A stretch of DNA of 20,000 nt from an uncultured virus (IMG/VR IMGVR_UViG_3300025012_000068) (Duplodnaviria; Heunggongvirae; Uroviricota; Caudoviricetes): positions 53,908 through 73,907 of IMG/VR virus record IMGVR_UViG_3300025012_000068, one strand, 5' to 3'. Position 1 is the stretch's first letter; each line of letters opens with the position of its first letter. The notes beneath the pieces were generated by a model. It worked only from the letters and a program-made list of their open reading frames with translations. It was not told the DNA's origin and ran no database searches. Below are positions 1-8,648 of the stretch, piece by piece. The position numbers and the translations under genes were made by a program.

Positions 1-436
1 GTATTTGTTTATTCTTAACAAGAAGATTTAACCCACCATATACTTTAATATGTTTTTCTATTGCCTCAATGAAAACATCTCTTAACTTTTCCTTTATCCA
101 ATTGTATATATTAATAAGGTATTCTCGTTCTGATGTATCATATTTTAAAATATCTATTATTTTTGATAAATCTTTATTAGTATAAATATCATGTGACTTG
201 TGTTTTTTATCAAAAATTATACTAAGGTTAATTAAAGACGACAGATTAAAATAATGTAAAAATATTTCACTGAATACTTGTATATTATTATTATCTAGTT
301 TTTCTTTATATTTTTGTAATGCTCCTAGTATAGTATATTCTAACCATTCTTTATCAGTTGAGCATTTTGAATTAATTAAATATAACGGATCTAATACTAA
401 TGAATATGTAGATTTATCTATTTTTGCGGTTTTCAT
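1..436 (-). CDS. Hypothetical protein, runs off the left edge (not in ORF track)
   Basis: ATG at 436, open to position 1: MKTAKIDKSTYSLVLDPLYLINSKCSTDKEWLEYTILGALQKYKEK...; starts 12 nt after the stop of the co-directional 449..880 gene. Confidence 0.8.
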   Translation of the reverse strand, partial: MKTAKIDKSTYSLVLDPLYLINSKCSTDKEWLEYTILGALQKYKEKLDNNNIQVFSEIFLHYFNLSSLINLSIIFDKKHKSHDIYTNKDLSKIIDILKYDTSEREYLINIYNWIKEKLRDVFIEAIEKHIKVYGGLNLLVKNKQI

Positions 437-448
437 ATTAATATTAGA

Positions 449-880
449 TCATTTTTTAATTCCTTTCATAAATTCTTCAAACTTATTTAGCTCTAATATT
501 ATGTCAGTATTAAATAATTTAAATGCATCGTTTAATTCTTTTTTACTTATTTTATTATATTCTAAATATTTTTTTATAATATCGTCTTGATAATTTTCTA
601 TTTTTACAGTTATGTCTTCTTTATCAGTCTTACTAAATTTAGTTTTGGTCCATACCCATCCTGGCACTTTAAAATATTGTTTACTCATTACATCATGCCA
701 CCAATCTATTGCTCTATTTTTATTTATATACATTAGGTTTAAGTCATTCGCTAAAATAGGATGCTTAATACTCATCATTCTATTTAATATTATATAAAAA
801 CCATCTTTATCTTTAGAAGATATAGAATTCCATTTATTATAATCTTTATTGAAAAATTTATTAATAAAGTCGCTTAGCAT
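449..880 (-). CDS. Probable sliding-clamp loader small subunit (T4 gp62-like)
   Basis: Size (143 aa) and pattern FYIILNRMMS..ANDLN..W.W.K..IIKKYLEY..S..A..L resemble T4-like gp62 proteins as I recall them. Promoter-like motif immediately upstream. Confidence 0.5.
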   Translation of the reverse strand: MLSDFINKFFNKDYNKWNSISSKDKDGFYIILNRMMSIKHPILANDLNLMYINKNRAIDWWHDVMSKQYFKVPGWVWTKTKFSKTDKEDITVKIENYQDDIIKKYLEYNKISKKELNDAFKLFNTDIILELNKFEEFMKGIKK

Positions 881-883
881 ACC

Positions 884-914
884 TTTTTATATTAAAAAAA
901 ATAAAATTGTTTTA
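884..914 (-). promoter_or_regulatory. Putative phage promoter, motif A copy (AAAACAATTT-TATTTTTTTT-AATATAAAAA)
   Basis: Near-identical to copies at 3633-3664(-), 8861-8888(+) and 13000-13030(+); intergenic and directly upstream of ATG 880. Confidence 0.6.
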
Positions 915-925
915 GTGTGTAAAAC

Positions 926-2287
926 TTATTTGGAAGGCTTTGCTTTATCTATAGTTTCTACTGAAAAAAGTACTAATTCAGTATCATCATCAATTATGGT
1001 ATATAACCCCATATTTCCGGCTCGTATAATACTTTTTTTAATATTTGCCCTAATTTCTAAATCCTTTTTATTTGAAATAAATGAATTAATAATATCATTA
1101 GTATAAGTATTAAATATGCAGTCTTTTATATATGAGTTTTTAATTTCGTTATTCGAAATTAAATTAGAATTAATAATCCGGCTTGAATTTATTTTGCAAT
1201 TATGAAATTTACAATTTTCAAAATCTCCATCTAATTGTGAATCAAAGAACTCGATATTATTTAACATAAAACCTTTTTTAATAGTAGTGTCTTTAACTTG
1301 TAAAATACCAGTATCTGAATTAAAATTTATTACTCCTTTTTTAATATTACCATATATTAAAAGTTCAAGTATTATATTTTTAATTTTATCATAAAAAAAA
1401 TTAATTGTATTAGGATCCTGCTTTAAATCTATATAAAGCTTTATATCTTTATAATTAAATTTTAATAATTCATAGGTTTTAATATTATACAAAAAGTCCT
1501 TTTGCTTTTTAAGTATAATTTGAATTTCATTTAATTCTTTTTGTGAGTATACTACATTATTATTTAAAACTTCATATAATTTAATTGCAGTATAATTAAT
1601 TATTTTAATAGTTTCATTTAATTTTAAATGATAGTTTTTACCACCTACATATCGTACCTCTAAATACCCGCCAGATTCGCTATTTAATTTATTAAAATTA
1701 ACTCCAAAATACTTACTACTTGGAAAAATAAAGTCTAAATGATTCATATTTTTTATAGCACTAATATCATAAGTACTTAAAAATTTATTCCTTGGAAAAA
1801 TATAGTAAATACTATTTTTATAAATCTTTTGAATAGATTCCTTATTAGGAAATAGTTTTAGTATCTCATCTTCATTATAATTAAGTATAAATTTAAATAC
1901 ATTAAGATTTTCCGTTTTATATTTTAAATTTAATCCAAAATCATTTAATGAAATATTAATATGACACCCGCTTTTTTCATTAGTAAATCCGTATTCATCT
2001 ATAAATTTATAAACCTTAATTAAAATATTAATAGCTTCAAAATAACTTAATGGACCTGTTATTAACTCGTTCATTCTCTTGCCCCCAGAGTAGTCGGGTT
2101 CTATCTTAAATATAAAATCACTAACTTTAATATTAGAGTGATACACATCACTCGCAATGACTTTTTTATTAAGCAATTTACTTAATTTACTTGCTAATAC
2201 TTTACGGGATAGCGGCGAAAAGAATTCAAATTCTAGTCCAACTATAGTATTTTCATATACTTTATGATTAGTAATGTCTTTAAACAT
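926..2287 (-). CDS. Putative amidoligase (COOH-NH2 ligase, Amidoligase_2-like) with C-terminal beta-helix-like repeats
   Basis: Ordered motifs GLEFEF, EPDYSGG, ELITGPL, SGCHINIS, KYFGVNF, LEVRYVGG. The C-terminus has periodic segments (FENCKFHNCKINSSRIINSNL...). Confidence 0.75.
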   Translation of the reverse strand: MFKDITNHKVYENTIVGLEFEFFSPLSRKVLASKLSKLLNKKVIASDVYHSNIKVSDFIFKIEPDYSGGKRMNELITGPLSYFEAINILIKVYKFIDEYGFTNEKSGCHINISLNDFGLNLKYKTENLNVFKFILNYNEDEILKLFPNKESIQKIYKNSIYYIFPRNKFLSTYDISAIKNMNHLDFIFPSSKYFGVNFNKLNSESGGYLEVRYVGGKNYHLKLNETIKIINYTAIKLYEVLNNNVVYSQKELNEIQIILKKQKDFLYNIKTYELLKFNYKDIKLYIDLKQDPNTINFFYDKIKNIILELLIYGNIKKGVINFNSDTGILQVKDTTIKKGFMLNNIEFFDSQLDGDFENCKFHNCKINSSRIINSNLISNNEIKNSYIKDCIFNTYTNDIINSFISNKKDLEIRANIKKSIIRAGNMGLYTIIDDDTELVLFSVETIDKAKPSK

Positions 2288-2307
2288 ATAGTTTTATTTA
2301 TTTAAAC

Positions 2308-2339
2308 TTTAAAAGCTGGTAATTTTACCAGCTTTTAAA
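2308..2339 (-). terminator. Intrinsic terminator-like hairpin
   Basis: Perfect 15 bp inverted repeat TTTAAAAGCTGGTAA / TTACCAGCTTTTAAA directly after the stop of 2340..2612. Confidence 0.7.
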
Positions 2340-2612
2340 TTATTTAAAGTTACTAGGAAGAGATGGCATGCTTGGCGGTTTAATATTACTAATACTAGGC
2401 ATATTTTTCATTGCTTGATTTTGCATTTGATTAATATTAGGCATTTGGTTTGTATATTCACCGTCTTTTCGTTTTTGTTTTTCAGCGTCCTCTTTTATCA
2501 CTTCCAATAGGAAGACATATTCATAAAAAGGCAAAGAATATATTGAATCAAAGTTCTGATTAAGCTGTTCGGCTATAATCTTATTAAGTTTAATTATCTC
2601 CATTAAATCCAA
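2340..2612 (-). CDS. Baseplate hub assembly / tail chaperone C-terminal-like protein (T4 gp51-like); start uncertain (TTG 2612, ATG 2603, or frameshift entry)
   Basis: Pattern IIAEQLNQNFDSIYSLPFYEYVFLLEVIKED is like the gp51-type 'iEnm.pwE...y..ll...iee' signature. It follows a gp26-like gene and has a low-complexity M/P/S tail. Confidence 0.55.
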   Translation of the reverse strand: MDLMEIIKLNKIIAEQLNQNFDSIYSLPFYEYVFLLEVIKEDAEKQKRKDGEYTNQMPNINQMQNQAMKNMPSISNIKPPSMPSLPSNFK

Positions 2613-3615
2613 TTGAAAGAGAGAAAAGATCTTTGATTTTAAATCCTCCGCGAAAAAACAAAGGAGTCTCCAATTGAACTGAGCACTTAGGACATTCCTT
2701 TGACACTACTCCTCTTGCACTCTTTTCTATTTTATCAATAAATGAAGAGATTAATAGAAATTTATCCTTGCCCCATAGTAATGACTCTTGTTGCATCCTA
2801 TCTAATTCATTATTATTAAGTGTTTGATATTTATCAATTATAAATGGAGATAACCTAATAAACGCCTTATCTATAAAAAGATTATTATCTTGTTTATTTT
2901 TCACATATGCTTTAATTTTCTGAGATATTCCAAGTGATGGAATAAATATTTTTTGAGGTTTTCCTATTCTAGGATCATTTAATATAAAACATTTATCCTC
3001 TTGACTATAATATTGCATTAAAGCATTATCAAAATCAAATAGGCTAAGCATATTCGATTCCATTTTAACTTTTTCAGAATATTGGCCATCTCCGGCACAA
3101 CTTTGATTACATTTAAAAGTAATCATTAATTTATTCTCGCCATTTGGAAATGTAATTTCATGTATTAAAAAAGCTAAGGCAATCCTATCTATTTCTTTAA
3201 TATCTTTCCATGATAAGAATTTAGGAGTATCTCCTTTTTTACGAATACGAACACACTTTTCCATTATAATATTAAGCTTATCATCAATATCTACGAAATC
3301 GTTTTCATCTATAGTAGACCATTGCCGTATTTCTCCAACTGACGCTGATTTAATCGTAATTTCAATATCATCTTCATAAAATAATCCTTTTGTTTCTAAG
3401 TTTTCTAATGGAATATTTTTCCATCCAGCATCGGCAACACTTGATATATTAGACCCAGTTTGTGGTTGTAACTCTTTGATTTTTCCTAAACCATTGGAAG
3501 TTTTATCTACAAATTTAGATTCAATATCATTTAATTTAATAGTTTGTGATAACTCTTTATCTTTTTCAGACAAAAATTTAGCAGCGTCTTCATCAGAAAT
3601 TTTTGTATTATCCAT
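2590..3615 (-). CDS. Baseplate hub subunit / tail assembly chaperone (T4 gp26-like)
   Basis: LETKGLFY, IKSASVGEI, DRIALAFLIHEIT, a central C-x3-C and a C-terminal CPKC; typical pairing with a downstream gp51-like ORF. Confidence 0.6.
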   Translation of the reverse strand: MDNTKISDEDAAKFLSEKDKELSQTIKLNDIESKFVDKTSNGLGKIKELQPQTGSNISSVADAGWKNIPLENLETKGLFYEDDIEITIKSASVGEIRQWSTIDENDFVDIDDKLNIIMEKCVRIRKKGDTPKFLSWKDIKEIDRIALAFLIHEITFPNGENKLMITFKCNQSCAGDGQYSEKVKMESNMLSLFDFDNALMQYYSQEDKCFILNDPRIGKPQKIFIPSLGISQKIKAYVKNKQDNNLFIDKAFIRLSPFIIDKYQTLNNNELDRMQQESLLWGKDKFLLISSFIDKIEKSARGVVSKECPKCSVQLETPLFFRGGFKIKDLFSLSIGFNGDN

Positions 3616-3632
3616 TAATAAATTGGGTTTTT

Positions 3633-3664
3633 TGTTTTATATAAAAAAAATATAAAATTGTTTT
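3633..3664 (-). promoter_or_regulatory. Putative phage promoter, motif A copy
   Basis: Minus strand AAAACAATTTTATATTTTTTTTATATAAAACA differs from the 13000-13030 copy by one substitution and one T. Confidence 0.65.
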
Positions 3665-3676
3665 CAATAAAGAAAA

Positions 3677-4090
3677 CTATTCGAAGTATTTATTGTATTT
3701 TTCTAAAGTTTCTGGGTATACTTCAAATTTTTCTAAAGTAGAAGGTTTAACTAAAAATACTCTAAGTGTTTTATTATCTAAATCCACTTTTATTTCTTTA
3801 ATATTTCCATAAACATAATCAGTTTCATTATACCCTTTTTTAAATGGAGCATTCATTCTAATAGCTTTTACTTTTTCTCCAACTCTAAAATTTAAGTTAA
3901 AATTATTTATAGTTTGCTCAAACTCTGTTCTTTCATACTCTTGAGGTCTTGCTAAATCTTTTAATTGTAGAAATTTAGACTTAATTGCGTCAGTTGGATT
4001 ACCTGTCCAAGTATATGGAAAAAGTCTATTTACTTTTTGAGTAACAAATTCATTATATTCTAATATTAAATATCTTTTCATTTTAAACAT
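3677..4090 (-). CDS. Hypothetical protein, possible SH3/KOW-like C-terminal half
   Basis: 137 aa ORF in the operon; N-terminal LILEYNEFV motif; FRVGEKVKAI..VYGNIKEIKV beta pattern. Alternative start ATG 4081. Confidence 0.7.
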   Translation of the reverse strand: MFKMKRYLILEYNEFVTQKVNRLFPYTWTGNPTDAIKSKFLQLKDLARPQEYERTEFEQTINNFNLNFRVGEKVKAIRMNAPFKKGYNETDYVYGNIKEIKVDLDNKTLRVFLVKPSTLEKFEVYPETLEKYNKYFE

Positions 4091-4655
4091 AAACTTTTCC
4101 TTTTACATCAACTACTTTTCGTACTTCTTCTTCTGTAAATTTTTTAGTATTATTAGAACAACTAAAACTTCCTCCTACTGTACTAGGACCTCCTTCAAGA
4201 CTAGTTAACTTATTATAAGAACAATCAAAATCTCCAGTAACTATATTAGGACCATCAACTAAACTAGTTAAATGACTACGATAGCAATAAAAATTTCCAT
4301 TTATTATTTTAGGTACCCCTTTTAAATTAATTAGATCAGTAGCAACACAATCAAAATCTCCTGATATTTCTTCTATATTCAATATACTTAAATCACTTAT
4401 TCTTTTTATTTCAATATTACCAATTATAACTTTAATATTCTTAAATTTCTCAATATTACCCATATTTATAATAAAAGTTTCATCAATTGGTTTCACTACA
4501 AATATTTGTTCTTTAGTATAACCTTTATTTAAGTAAGGAAGTAATAAGTCATCCCATCTTTCTTTAAGCCTTCTAGGTATAAATATATCTTTAGCGCTTG
4601 GCTTAGGAGTTTCTTCTTCAGATATAAATTGTTCAAATAATTTTATATAACTCAT
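4083..4655 (-). CDS. Phage protein with ~22 aa LRR-like repeats (GxFxCxxxxLTSLxGxP)
   Basis: Repeats GDFDCVATDLINLKGVP, GNFYCYRSHLTSLVDGP, GDFDCSYNKLTSLEGGP, GSFSCSNN; N-terminus MSYIKLFEQF. Confidence 0.8.
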   Translation of the reverse strand: MSYIKLFEQFISEEETPKPSAKDIFIPRRLKERWDDLLLPYLNKGYTKEQIFVVKPIDETFIINMGNIEKFKNIKVIIGNIEIKRISDLSILNIEEISGDFDCVATDLINLKGVPKIINGNFYCYRSHLTSLVDGPNIVTGDFDCSYNKLTSLEGGPSTVGGSFSCSNNTKKFTEEEVRKVVDVKGKVYV

Positions 4656-5466
4656 TCTTTATTTTTTTTAATTTTTTCTCGTCGTATATGTCATATATTG
4701 TATTATTTATCTCGTTTTTTATTTTTTGAAGTTTAATTAATTTATTTTTATTTATTTTACTATTTAATAAAATAATTTCAAATCTATCTCTAATTCCATT
4801 AAAAATGTTCAAAACTGCACTATACGATATTCGTATATCTGTTTTATTACGGTTATGTTTTTTCTTAAATTTTATTTTATTATGCCATTCTTTAAGTGAT
4901 TCATTTAATAGAGTAGTTGAATCAATATGTTTAGTTTTAATAATATAAATAGTATTTCTTTTTTTATTAAACCAAACGGCAGAAAGAGAAAAAGTCCTAT
5001 TAGATAGGACTCCGAGTTCTTTATTTAGAATATCTTTTATTTTGCAATAGTTTGAATCTGATTCAAATACAGTATAGTCATTTAATATTTTTAATATATT
5101 ATTATTAATTGTATCTAAGCCATATGCAGCGTATATTAATGATGTAATTTTAGTAGAAGTAGTATTTAAAGTATTTTCTAAATTAGTAGAATTAATACTA
5201 CTTTTTACACTAATAAATTCATTATTTCTTTTAATATCATAAAAAATAGTATTTCTATTTGTTATTTTAGCATTATATAAATTAGAAACTAGGGTCTCTG
5301 TAAAAATAGATAATTCACGAGAATCTTTTAATGTAAATATTAGAGATAATTTATTATTTAGGCTTTGTATTTTATTTTGACAAATATCTGTCCTATTTAA
5401 AAATGAATTTAAATCAATTATTGATCCATTTGATTTATTAGAAATTAATTGAAATAAATAATTCAT
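4633..5466 (-). CDS. Hypothetical protein, possible PD-(D/E)xK nuclease fold
   Basis: IFTETLV..FYDIKRNNEFISVKSS resembles the E..D-x(n)-(E/S)xK core of restriction-endonuclease-like folds. Confidence 0.4.
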   Translation of the reverse strand: MNYLFQLISNKSNGSIIDLNSFLNRTDICQNKIQSLNNKLSLIFTLKDSRELSIFTETLVSNLYNAKITNRNTIFYDIKRNNEFISVKSSINSTNLENTLNTTSTKITSLIYAAYGLDTINNNILKILNDYTVFESDSNYCKIKDILNKELGVLSNRTFSLSAVWFNKKRNTIYIIKTKHIDSTTLLNESLKEWHNKIKFKKKHNRNKTDIRISYSAVLNIFNGIRDRFEIILLNSKINKNKLIKLQKIKNEINNTIYDIYDEKKLKKIKNELYKII

Positions 5467-7415
5467 TCATTTATCTTTCTCAGGGTATTCTTATAAAAGA
5501 ATCGTTGGTCTTCTGTTAAATCTGAGTATTTAGTATTAATTAAATTTTTCCAAACTTCAATATTTTCAGTTTCGTTTAATAAATGAGTTAAGCTTTCCAT
5601 TAAAATATTATATTTGGCTTCTATATTAGTTGATTCAAACATTCCTTGTTTAGGAGAAGCATTTTGAATTTCTCTGTATAAGTATGGAAATTCATTATGT
5701 AAAAATTCTGGCATTAACTTTTTATATTCAGTATAATTATTTTCCGTTATATATTGCCTAACTAAATTGCTTGATGTATACTTTGGTAATTTATATAATT
5801 TAAAATCTTTATTTAGGTTTAAGTCAATTTTTTTATTTTTAGCATATTCAACTTGTAATTTATATGATCCAATTTTATCTTCGCCTGACCCCCATAATAT
5901 AGGTTCATAAGTTGGTCTTACTAATTTCAATAAGTCTTCAATCCATCCACGTTTAGTATATAAAACAGTTTCTATTAAATCTTTATGATTATCTTTTACT
6001 TTATTAAATATTTTTTCTTGAGCACTTTTATTAAAAGGAAATTTATCATTATTCTTATCTTGCTTAATACATATTATAATCGTAGGTAATCCATTTTTAT
6101 TTTTTAAAAGTTCTAAACTTTTTAAATGACCAATATGAAATGGCTGAAATTTACCTACTAAAATATTTACATTTTTAGTTTCTACTGGATTAATTTCAAT
6201 TGACTCTTCTATATAGTTATTTACTTTAATTAAATCATCATCTATCTCGCTAGTTACAAATTCGTTAAATAATGGAAAGTATCGTTCGTATAATTCGTTC
6301 TTTCTTAAGAAAATATTTATTTTGTCTATTAAGCTATTAAATTGTATTAATATGTTTTTATCAAAAATTTTACCACTGGTTTTTTTACGTTTTTTTCTAA
6401 AAAAATTTAATAATATTTTATATATCTCTTTATAATTGTCATTTTTATTTAAATTATTAATTACACCAATATCTCTAATATAGTTTATATTAATTTGGAA
6501 ATTGTCGGTTCTTAAAAACTCTGGAACGTTTATTAAAATACTTGAATATTTTTCGCCATATTCATTTATAAATTCGTTAAATACATAATTACAGAATTCA
6601 ATATATTTATCTTCAAATTTTTCTGAACCTAAAAATATTTTATTAAAATCTAAAGTTTCAATAAAATTTAATAAGTCTATAATAATTAAATATACATAGT
6701 CATCAGTACTTTCTTGTTGTACATTTTCTATTTTTCTTTGTTTAAATAATGGGTCAACTATTTTTGCTAAAATTGTATTTTCAGTATTATCACCAATAAA
6801 TCTAAATATTAATTCATTAAATTTTCTAATATCTTTTATTTTTATCTCTTTACATAATAACTTTACTATAAATGTACTAAAATCCTGTAGTTTAAATTTA
6901 TCTTTTAGTTGCTCAACTGGAGTCTGTATAAATTCTAAAATTTGATTCTTTTGTTTATCTGTTAGTTTTCCTTGAAATATAATACGAGGCTTGCTTATTC
7001 CTAAAGTATCTGACCAATAATCTAATTGTTTTTTATCATGAATAGTATAGTCTGCGTCATTCTGGTCGTTTAAAACATGAATATAATTTAATAGTAAGTT
7101 ATTTGGTAAAATCGAAGAGTCTGGACTATATCCTGTCCCAAATATAAAATTATGAGGTAATTTGTTTTTTATTTCTACTGGTAAATTCTCAATATAATTA
7201 ATAGGGGTTTCATAAAATTTACTAATAATTCTGTCTATATTAGTAATCTCTTTATCTTTTTTAAAAAATTTAAAAGTATTATCACTACATTTTCTAAATG
7301 AAAAACTAGAAAAATTATTTTTTTCATTTATAATTACCTCTTTATTAAAAAGTTCATAAATAAAGTCATTTCCTTTTTTTTCTAAAATATCTTGTAAATG
7401 TAAAATACTACTCAT
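5463..7415 (-). CDS. Fusion: degenerate ATP-dependent ligase-like N-terminal domain plus HIGH-family (cytidylyltransferase-like) nucleotidyltransferase
   Basis: C-terminal GKFQPFHIGH, PF, GSGEDK and SSNLVRQYI are classic HIGH-transferase motifs. N-terminal INEKNNFSSFSF resembles ligase motif I (EKxDG); PRIIFQG, ELIFRF and LAKIVDP resemble later ligase motifs. Confidence 0.7.
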   Translation of the reverse strand: MSSILHLQDILEKKGNDFIYELFNKEVIINEKNNFSSFSFRKCSDNTFKFFKKDKEITNIDRIISKFYETPINYIENLPVEIKNKLPHNFIFGTGYSPDSSILPNNLLLNYIHVLNDQNDADYTIHDKKQLDYWSDTLGISKPRIIFQGKLTDKQKNQILEFIQTPVEQLKDKFKLQDFSTFIVKLLCKEIKIKDIRKFNELIFRFIGDNTENTILAKIVDPLFKQRKIENVQQESTDDYVYLIIIDLLNFIETLDFNKIFLGSEKFEDKYIEFCNYVFNEFINEYGEKYSSILINVPEFLRTDNFQININYIRDIGVINNLNKNDNYKEIYKILLNFFRKKRKKTSGKIFDKNILIQFNSLIDKINIFLRKNELYERYFPLFNEFVTSEIDDDLIKVNNYIEESIEINPVETKNVNILVGKFQPFHIGHLKSLELLKNKNGLPTIIICIKQDKNNDKFPFNKSAQEKIFNKVKDNHKDLIETVLYTKRGWIEDLLKLVRPTYEPILWGSGEDKIGSYKLQVEYAKNKKIDLNLNKDFKLYKLPKYTSSNLVRQYITENNYTEYKKLMPEFLHNEFPYLYREIQNASPKQGMFESTNIEAKYNILMESLTHLLNETENIEVWKNLINTKYSDLTEDQRFFYKNTLRKINE

Positions 7416-7487
7416 ATTGTTATTTATTTATCCTACTTTTAAATAGGGCGAAACTTTTTTATTTTATTCCGCGACCTTTCACTAATA

Positions 7488-7534
7488 AAAGCCTAATAAA
7501 TATTATAGAATATATTTAATATGTATTAGGCTTT
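7488..7534 (-). terminator. Hairpin downstream of SSB, probable terminator
   Basis: AAAGCCTAATA (7488-7498) / TATTAGGCTTT (7524-7534), extended by ATATTA/TAATAT; 17 nt past the SSB stop. Confidence 0.6.
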
Positions 7535-7551
7535 ATACAATTCTAATTATC

Positions 7552-8571
7552 TTAGAGCGAATCTAATAAGTCTTTATAACTATTTTCAGAAGGCTCATCA
7601 GCTTCAACAACTGGTTCTTTTTCTTTTTTAGTTTTTGTTTTTTCAGAAAGACTTTCATTTTCTTTTTTAATTGAATTTCCTAATTCTGTAGCAGTGACTA
7701 CTTCTTTTTTAGATTCTGAAGGTACTGCCGCTAAATTATCATTTCCTTTCTTAAAAGAAGATGAAAATACTTCGTCTTTAATTTTTTGATATGGTATAAT
7801 TGATTCTAAAAATTCTCTAGTCTTTTGGTCCATACCTTCTTCAAGTTGTTTAGGGTAATACTCCATTAAGTTTGGTGAATTATCTTTTAAATATGAAAAT
7901 ACATCTTTCATACCTTTTTCAGACATTTCAGTAGGATTACCATTAAACTTAAACGGAGTTAATTCATTAATAAATTTACTACCATCATAATTATTGTATT
8001 TTCCTTTTTTAGAAACTACCAAAAGAAAATCTTTACCTTTTAATAAATCATATGGATTTACACTTACGGTATCTAATAATCCGTCTGTTGCTGGATTAAT
8101 TTCAGTTTCAATTAATTTATTAATATTAAAACCAAAATTAAATACTTTAATTTTTCCTTCTAAATCTGGACGATTTGGGTCCTTTACTATTTGTACTAAT
8201 GAGAAAAACTTAGAAAAACGAGAAAAATTCTGTCTTAATTCATTTACTAAATTTGCATCATCTTTTGCTAATTTCTTAAGTATAATATCATATTTAAGAG
8301 TTAAACTAAACTGACCAAATGCAGATGGGTCTTCAATAATTAGTCTTTCATTAGAAATTGAGTTTTTCATAATACAGATGTCCTTCTGAAATTTACTTTT
8401 ATCAGGATCTGCATAAAATGGTATAAACCGTATAACTGATTTATACACTTTTTTGTCTACTGACTGCTCTGGTTCTGGAGAATAAAGATTTTCATCTACT
8501 TTACGGTCATCTTTCTTTTTTTCACTGAACTGATTGCTGTTCAAATTAAATAATTTTTTGTAATCTTCCAT
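7552..8571 (-). CDS. Single-stranded DNA-binding protein (T4 gp32-like)
   Basis: VIRFIP, VQIVKDPNRPDLEGKIKVFNFG, NPYDLLKGKDFLLVV, NYDGSKF and an acidic tail ending DLLDSL. Confidence 0.9.
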   Translation of the reverse strand: MEDYKKLFNLNSNQFSEKKKDDRKVDENLYSPEPEQSVDKKVYKSVIRFIPFYADPDKSKFQKDICIMKNSISNERLIIEDPSAFGQFSLTLKYDIILKKLAKDDANLVNELRQNFSRFSKFFSLVQIVKDPNRPDLEGKIKVFNFGFNINKLIETEINPATDGLLDTVSVNPYDLLKGKDFLLVVSKKGKYNNYDGSKFINELTPFKFNGNPTEMSEKGMKDVFSYLKDNSPNLMEYYPKQLEEGMDQKTREFLESIIPYQKIKDEVFSSSFKKGNDNLAAVPSESKKEVVTATELGNSIKKENESLSEKTKTKKEKEPVVEADEPSENSYKDLLDSL

Positions 8572-8621
8572 TTTGTTTTAGTTTTTTTAAAGTTAAACAA
8601 TGTTTTTAATTATCATCAATT

Positions 8622-8648
8622 AATATAACAAATTGATAAAAATGTTTT
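8622..8648 (-). promoter_or_regulatory. Degenerate motif A copy upstream of SSB
   Basis: Minus strand AAAACATTTTTATCAATTTGTTATATT has similar spacing to the other copies. Confidence 0.4.

Noticed and set aside
612..1106. Plus-strand ORFs 612..797 and 849..1106
   Set aside because: Antisense shadows of better-supported minus-strand genes; no motifs.
4083..4655. Diversity-generating retroelement target
   Set aside because: No template/variable repeat pair with adenine-specific mismatches and no reverse transcriptase seen; the repeats are ordinary protein repeats.
7994..8314. Plus-strand 106 aa ORF
   Set aside because: Entirely antisense to the SSB gene.
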